The notes below the pieces were generated by a model. It did not search any database. It had not been told where the DNA came from and saw only the letters and a list, made by a program, of their open reading frames with translations. Positions 61,212 through 64,000 of a stretch of 64,000 nt of DNA are shown in pieces (positions within the stretch are counted from its first letter, which is position 1; each line of letters begins with the position of its first letter). A program made the position numbers and the translations under genes. Source of the DNA: Asterias rubens (lineage: Eukaryota); contig NC_047076.1 of the NCBI RefSeq assembly GCF_902459465.1, forward strand, positions 12,834,001 to 12,898,000, in the 5' to 3' direction.

Positions 61212-61750
61212 CATTTTTGATTAATTTGATATAAATTATTGTTTAAGTCGACACTTACTGTCGAAACAACTGACCCACTTTCTTTGACTTCACACTAGCG
61301 TTATCCAGCAAACACTGATGATGTGGTGATTCGACTACCATTTTACTTCATATTTCATTATATATACATGATTTACCCATTTAGAAAATAAGTGAATGTT
61401 GACGGTGAAACCTCTTCACCTTTAAGTCACAGTGTCGTTCCCAGAGGAGTTGTAAATGTCTCCTGTACCTTGTTCACTGAATAAATTTAGTGTTTCTAGC
61501 GAGGGTTGAAAAGTGCAGATGACATTGCTACGCTCAAACATTACCAGGCAAGTCCTTCTGCCGTAAAATTCATGATTGAATTATACTCAGTTAAATGTGC
61601 TCCATAACCTTCTCACAGACATACAAATATGTTTCTGATGGCTGGTTGTAATTGCAAGATTTATAAACTCATCTACTGAGAATACAAGCCGAGGGAAAGA
61701 CAAAACAAAGTTAAGTTCCTGACCGGTTACTTCATGATAAATCGCGGGAC

Positions 61751-62055
61751 TTAAAGACAGTGGACACTATTGGTAATTGTCAAAGACCAGTCTTCTCACT
61801 TGGTGTATCTCAACATATGCATAAAATATCAAACCTGTGAATATTTGAGCTCAATCGGTTGTAGAAGTTGGGAGATTATAATGAAAGAAAAAAACACCCT
61901 TGTGCCACGAAGTTGTGTGCTTTCTGATGCTTGATTTCGAGACCTCAAATTAATTCTAAATCTTAGGTCGCGAAATCAAATTCGTGAAAAATTACTTCTT
62001 TCTCAAAAACTACATCAATTCAGAGGGAGCCGTTTCTCACAATGTTGTATACTAT
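61751..62055. mobile_element. Family A truncated copy, followed by a small foldback (about 62069-62130)
   Basis: TTAAAGACAGTGGACACTATTGG start. Confidence 0.8.
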
Positions 62056-63321
62056 TATGTAAAGCGTATTTACCAGTACTGGTATGTTTATCAATACTTG
62101 TTACGCACTTAAATACCAATACTGGTAAACACGTTGCCATACTGGTTAACACGTTGTCTTGCTAAAATAGTTGTGGTTTCACGGAGACGTAAAGTATTTT
62201 TGCGGCACATTGTTTTACTCAACTCTATAAAACATTAAAGCACCTCAGCAACCAATATTTCTAACACCATTATCTTCAAACCGTGTAAGTTAAATGTAAA
62301 TCTGTTGACATTGTGTTTTTTGTCGTACGAAAAGTACCCAAACCCTTTAAGCGCGCGGAAAAACTCGTACAGCGTGAATCACTGCTTTGACGTTTCCCGC
62401 CAAAATGAGGACGTACGATTGAGCAGACGATAATTTGTAGAGATCCATTGGTACGGATCGGGAACGTGGTCGCAGGTGTCAGGGCGAGTTGTCGCATATG
62501 AGTTATCCCTGTAGACGATTCGCTATAACGGCAAATTTTCTAATAGAACATTCTAAGCACACGGTAAACTAATTTCAAGAGAAAGGCCTGTCTAAAATAT
62601 TGCTATGGATGCGGTGCCATTAAACATAGAATTCTATCGGCAGAAGATTTTTCACAGAAGGAGATTTCTGTATGTGTATGTACCAATGTAATCAATATGG
62701 TGATCTAGTTTCAGGGCCTTCACATCATTTGGGAATTCATTCTGTATTTCTTCATCTTTTGATAAAATTATCAGATCAACTTGTGAACCAAATAAGGGAA
62801 TGCAGGTCATGTTTCATCAACTAAGTAACTCACAGACAGTGAACAAGGTAATGTTTTCAATAACAGAAGACTGATTCGTTTGACCGAGATTTCAAAAACG
62901 CATTAGCGCTTGTAATGTACATAACATACCAATGTTAACTAGGTTTTTGAGATTGAAGAGTTTCGTTGAACCGTTAGTAGATAAAAAAAAATCAGCAAAG
63001 AGAAAACAAGAAGAGTTACTGAGCGGTACTTATAGGTATTATCGAAGGTACTACGAAACACTAAGAGTTACTATAAGCGCGGAGAGGTAAGAGGCACTTT
63101 AAGATAGGATAAGTTACTAAGATGTACTAAATATACAATAGGAGGTACACTAAGAAACATGGTGGTTTGAATGATAACAATATAACTCTATTCTTAAAAA
63201 AGAAGGTTTGTCATTTATTTTTGTCTTCAAGAGACGACCAGAGCTGTTTTCACCTGCAAACTAGGACCCCGTCGTACCTGTAAACCTTTGCCCAACTTTT
63301 GTTTTAAAGACTTATGATGAA

Positions 63322-63361
63322 GCCTTCGAGAAAGACTCTAGTATGGGTCGAAACGTCAGGC
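63322..63361 (+). ncRNA. Penelope-type minimal type I hammerhead ribozyme motif
   Basis: GCCT-TCGAGAAA-GACTC(TAGTAT)GGGTC-GAAACGTC-AGGC: stem I GCCU/AGGC, stem II, GAAA core, palindromic ACGU stem III, GUC triplet. Confidence 0.55.
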
Positions 63362-64000
63362 CATTGTCTTTTCTTTTTTTACTTATGATTTCACGATAAT
63401 CAGTTAGCTTCGAATCATAATTATTAGCGACTTTGATGTGAGAAAACTAATTCTATAAATACTATAGCAACAAATCTTGCTGTGTTATCTCAAACATAAG
63501 GTTAACATAACAAGAGTCAGTTCAAACAATGCATCATTGGACTCTTTAGCCGCGCTGCATGCACAATTGAGATACAGTGGCCTGCCATCCCCATGGTAAA
63601 AAACACAGCAAAATTCATGAGAAGCAATAAACGCTGCAGCAAATAAAGTGAGATTCCCAGTGGCATCTCTACTGGAGGAAGTTCAGCTTAAAATGGGTCA
63701 GTGTATTATTCAATACTATAGACTGTCTAGTCTGATAGATGTAAAGGTATTTGGATTAAATTGATAAATGATATTTTAATGAAGCTAGATCCATTCTGAT
63801 CTGTATCTCTGTATAGGAATCCTGTATTAACATTGAGTATCATAAACCCTGTAGGCTTCTGCTGGTAGAGAAAATGACATACATCTGTATCAACAATGTA
63901 TTATTAAACATTACTCAGATTCATTATGCGTTAGTAAACTATGTTGCCTTAAAGCAATCGCACAACATCGGTAAACAGTAGTGTCCGAAGGCCATCACTC

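Noticed and set aside
54623-64000. GPCR signal-peptide exon; donors near 59560 and 61255 examined
   Set aside because: No ATG-plus-hydrophobic ORF ending in a phase-0 donor was found; probably beyond the window.

Overview
AT-rich metazoan genomic DNA. The repeat content looks echinoderm (sea-star-like), which is an inference. Two multi-exon genes were reconstructed by hand on the minus strand in head-to-tail order, and every splice phase closes. (1) An ADAM11/22/23-type non-catalytic ADAM: ATG at 15884, 16 coding exons (464 codons) down to 434, running off the left edge inside the disintegrin domain. Its zinc motif is degenerate (ARGLAHNLYIYND). (2) A class B1 (secretin-family) GPCR most similar to PTH/secretin/glucagon receptors: 11 coding exons from 54622 to the stop at 20727 (585 aa), including a 22.7 kb intron. 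Its signal-peptide exon was not found. Introns contain TTAA-flanked (Kolobok-like), Harbinger-like and other MITEs, tRNA-derived SINEs, one truncated CR1/L2-type LINE, two structured minisatellites and Penelope-type minimal hammerhead ribozyme motifs. Most ORF-track entries are spurious or partial exon read-throughs. Coordinates and counts were read by eye; repeat edges may be off by several bases.
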